Source: Vitrella brassicaformis CCMP3155 (taxonomy: Eukaryota > Protista > Chromerida). Taken from it: a DNA stretch of 64,000 bases. Numbering within the stretch: the stretch's first letter is position 1; each line of letters opens with the position of its first letter. Positions 61,425 to 64,000 of this stretch are shown here, piece after piece. The notes beneath the pieces were generated by a model. The model was not told the origin of the DNA. It saw only the letters and a program-made list of their open reading frames with translations, and ran no database searches. The stretch covers positions 186,001-250,000 of the forward strand of contig CDMY01000603.1 of NCBI GenBank assembly GCA_001179505.1, in the 5' to 3' direction. Made by a program: the position numbers and the translations under genes.

Positions 61425-64000
61425 ATGCAGAAAGGCATCCGTCTGACCGAGCGTCTTCTCCGTCAGGAGCCGCAAGCCAGTGACTCGCCATTTGGCGACT
61501 CGAGCGAAGCATTGAGCATGAGCATGCCGGCAGCGGCATCAGCCGAGGCCATCAATGCCGATAGCTATTCATCACCTCCAGCAGCAGCACCAGCCGCCGC
61601 CGATGACACTCCGCCTCTCGCTGCCAGCAGCAGCAGCAGCGCGTTTCATGACGCTCAGCCGGACAGCCCCCTGCCGCCATTAATCGCTGTCCCCCAATTA
61701 GTCGACATGTCCACCGATGCCATCGGCCTCGAGTGGGTGCGAAAACAGTCTGACGATCCCTACACACACTTCTGGGTTCAGGACGTGTTGGCCCTCTGCG
61801 AGCGGTACCAGAGCTTCCCGGGCGGCGGCAAGTTCGCCGTCTACGGGATGCTCTTCGGGGTGCTCTCGCTGACGCGCCGGCAGGACGAGAAGAAGATGAA
61901 GAAGATCCTGCGGGACGGGCTGCAGTGCTTCGCGAGGATCGCCAAGACCGGCATCGAGACCACCGACATGAGACTCGTTATGATCTCCTTCGTGGCTCGC
62001 AGCCGCCGCGCCAACACCGCGAGTGAGCACTACACGACTCTCTTCGATGTGCTGGCGCAGCTGAACGGCAGCAGCAGTAGCAGCGGTAGCGGCGCCCCGA
62101 ATGATAGTCAAAAGGGTGGGAAGGGTGTAGGTGGTGGCGGTGCTGGTGGTGGTGGTGGTGGTGGCGAGTTGGGGGTGGACGCGGCGATGCAGGCGCTCAT
62201 GCGGAAGTGGAAGCCGTATGACGGCATCAAGCCCATCAACGTGTCCGACGAGGGGCCGCTGCGGGAGTTTGCATTCATGCTGCTGAAGGCGTCTGAGAGC
62301 ATACCGTACCCTGACCAGGTCAGTCACGCCACGCCACGCCACGCATGGTCCTCCCGCCCCCCTTCTCCACCCATTCATATGTATGCGTCTCTTGTGTGTG
62401 TTGTCAGATAGCGATTCTTCTCAACGAGATGGCGGCCGACGCGGCGGCGCACCAGGTGCCCACGCCCCAGCAGCTGCCCGCCGACGAGAAGGAGAGGAAG
62501 GAGATGATGTTCATGTCCGACCTCCGCCGCCTCCAGTGGTGCGCCCTTAAGGACCAGATGCTCCTCCTCATGCTGCTGCACGCACGGTGCCAGCCGGAGG
62601 ACGCCGACCCACCGCGGCAGTGGTCGCAGCGCACCTACCTGCAGCACCGGGAGCTGGTCTGCACGCCCCTGGTGCACGCCTACCAGCAGGCCATGCAGCC
62701 CAAGATCGAGGCCGCCGCCCAGATTTGGGCGAATGACTTCTGTGAGGGCGTGGCGCAGATCGACCGGATTCTGAGGGTCATGGGGCACGAGGCGGAGAGC
62801 CTCGAGGCGATGCCGCTCAAGCGGAAGCTGCGGTGTCTCACGGGGTTCTTCCGCGACTGCGTCATCAACCCCGATTGGATGCCGCTGTGCGGGGACCTGC
62901 ACTTCGACAGCAAGGAGGCCATCGATGAGATCGTCTTCATCGTCAAGGTCGTGCTGCTGACCGCTCTGCAGATGGACCTGGTGAGCGGACATGCATGCCG
63001 CCCCCGGACTGTCTGTCCCGCCTCCATGTGCCCTCTGTGTCTGTGTGTGTGTGTATGGCGTTGTCAGGATGGCACGGACGGTTCGTTCTTCCTGCCGAGC
63101 GCCATCCCCCGCCGCCCTTCCCTCGACGTCAAGGCGGCCATGCTCACACACGTGCCACCCGCACCCGAGGGCCAGCCAGGACCGTCGGGGAGCTCCTCGT
63201 CCTCGGCATCGGCATCGGCAGGCCCCTCCCCCGAAGGCGGCAGCAGCAGCAGCAGCAAGAGTGGCCTCACCGTGTCGATCCTCTTCCCTCACGCCGCGGC
63301 CCCCATAATGAAGGACTACCTCGACAGCAACCCGCCTCCATTCTTCCTCATTCTCGGGGGCATCCTCGCGACCCTCTTCGCCGTGCCCCGCAAGGGCAAC
63401 GAGGAGACCATCCGCAACGTCCTGCGTGAGGGGCTCAAGGGCATGCTCGACACCCAGATGACCGACTTCACCTCCGCCGCCATGGATGCTTCTCTCATCA
63501 CTCTGACCAAGCTGCTGTGGGAGCGGCTGGACGTGCCGAAGTCCGACCAGGCTTTGGCTCAGTCCCTGGTGCACGGTGAGTACCAGCTGCTGGCCCACAT
63601 GAAGGAGGGCGAGCGCACGGACGCCGACATCACCGCGGCCATGGACCGCATCATGTCGGTGTCGTGGAAGCCGTCCACTGGCGAGACGGAGGTGGAGAGG
63701 CGGCTGAATGAGCGGTTTGAGCAGACCAAAGGCGGCGTTGCGCCCGTTGACGTAGAGGAGATCGTCGAGCATGAGCTGACGGTGTTTTCGTCATTCGCTG
63801 AGGAGGTCAACAAGAACAAGGCCATCGCCGCACTGGCCGAGCGGGAGGGCCGCCAGCAGAAAGGCAAACCGATGCGCGAGAGGGAGGATGAGTTCTGCAG
63901 GTGAGTGTGTGTGTGTGTGTGTGTGACACACTGAGATAGATGCATCCCTCTCTCCGTATGTGCGCATCTCTCTGTGTGTGTGTGCAGCCGTCTGGTTCAC
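61425..64000 (+). CDS. Large hypothetical, mostly helical protein; runs off the window end
   Basis: Long ORFs 61425-62318 and 62409-63900 with GC3-rich codon usage, joined by GT-AG introns (62319-62408 and ~62981-63067). No family recognised; start uncertain. Confidence 0.7.

Noticed and set aside
62375-63772. 465-aa minus-strand ORF
   Set aside because: Antisense shadow of a GC3-rich plus-strand CDS. Many other listed ORFs are similar shadows.
1-64000. rRNA, tRNA (including tRNA-Sec) or retroelement genes
   Set aside because: No conserved rRNA blocks, cloverleaf signatures, or RT/integrase motifs were seen by eye; tRNAscan-SE or Infernal would be needed to exclude them.

Overview
Intron-rich, GC-rich eukaryotic genomic DNA from an alveolate. 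It is most likely a chromerid alga such as Vitrella brassicaformis (inference from an alveolin gene, a bipartite plastid-targeting leader, and short introns full of (CA)n/(CAGA)n/(TCCA)n microsatellites). About 18 spliced protein-coding genes were reconstructed by hand, many as tightly spaced head-to-head pairs. Five 300-N gaps are placeholders. Recognisable genes: cytosolic LeuRS, mitochondrial EF-G2, a CTL/SLC44 transporter, an alveolin, a PPPDE/DeSI peptidase, a WLM metalloprotease, a SURNod19-like protein and a KH-domain protein. Most notable: (1) an apparently plastid-targeted thioredoxin-membrane-domain protein with an in-frame TGA and a near-canonical type II SECIS hairpin in its 3' UTR, a candidate new selenoprotein; (2) two paralogous FAD monooxygenases, one fused to a NicF-like amidohydrolase and one to a xanthine-dehydrogenase skeleton that has lost its Fe-S and Moco sites; (3) a RING-CBM20-TLDc protein; (4) a ~1500-aa protein with four copies of an unrecognised C2HC-ending domain plus ankyrin repeats, inside a ~480-bp inverted duplication; (5) a WLM protease with signal peptide and transmembrane anchor. 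No rRNA, tRNA, CRISPR array or transposase was seen. All gene models are manual and were not checked against databases.
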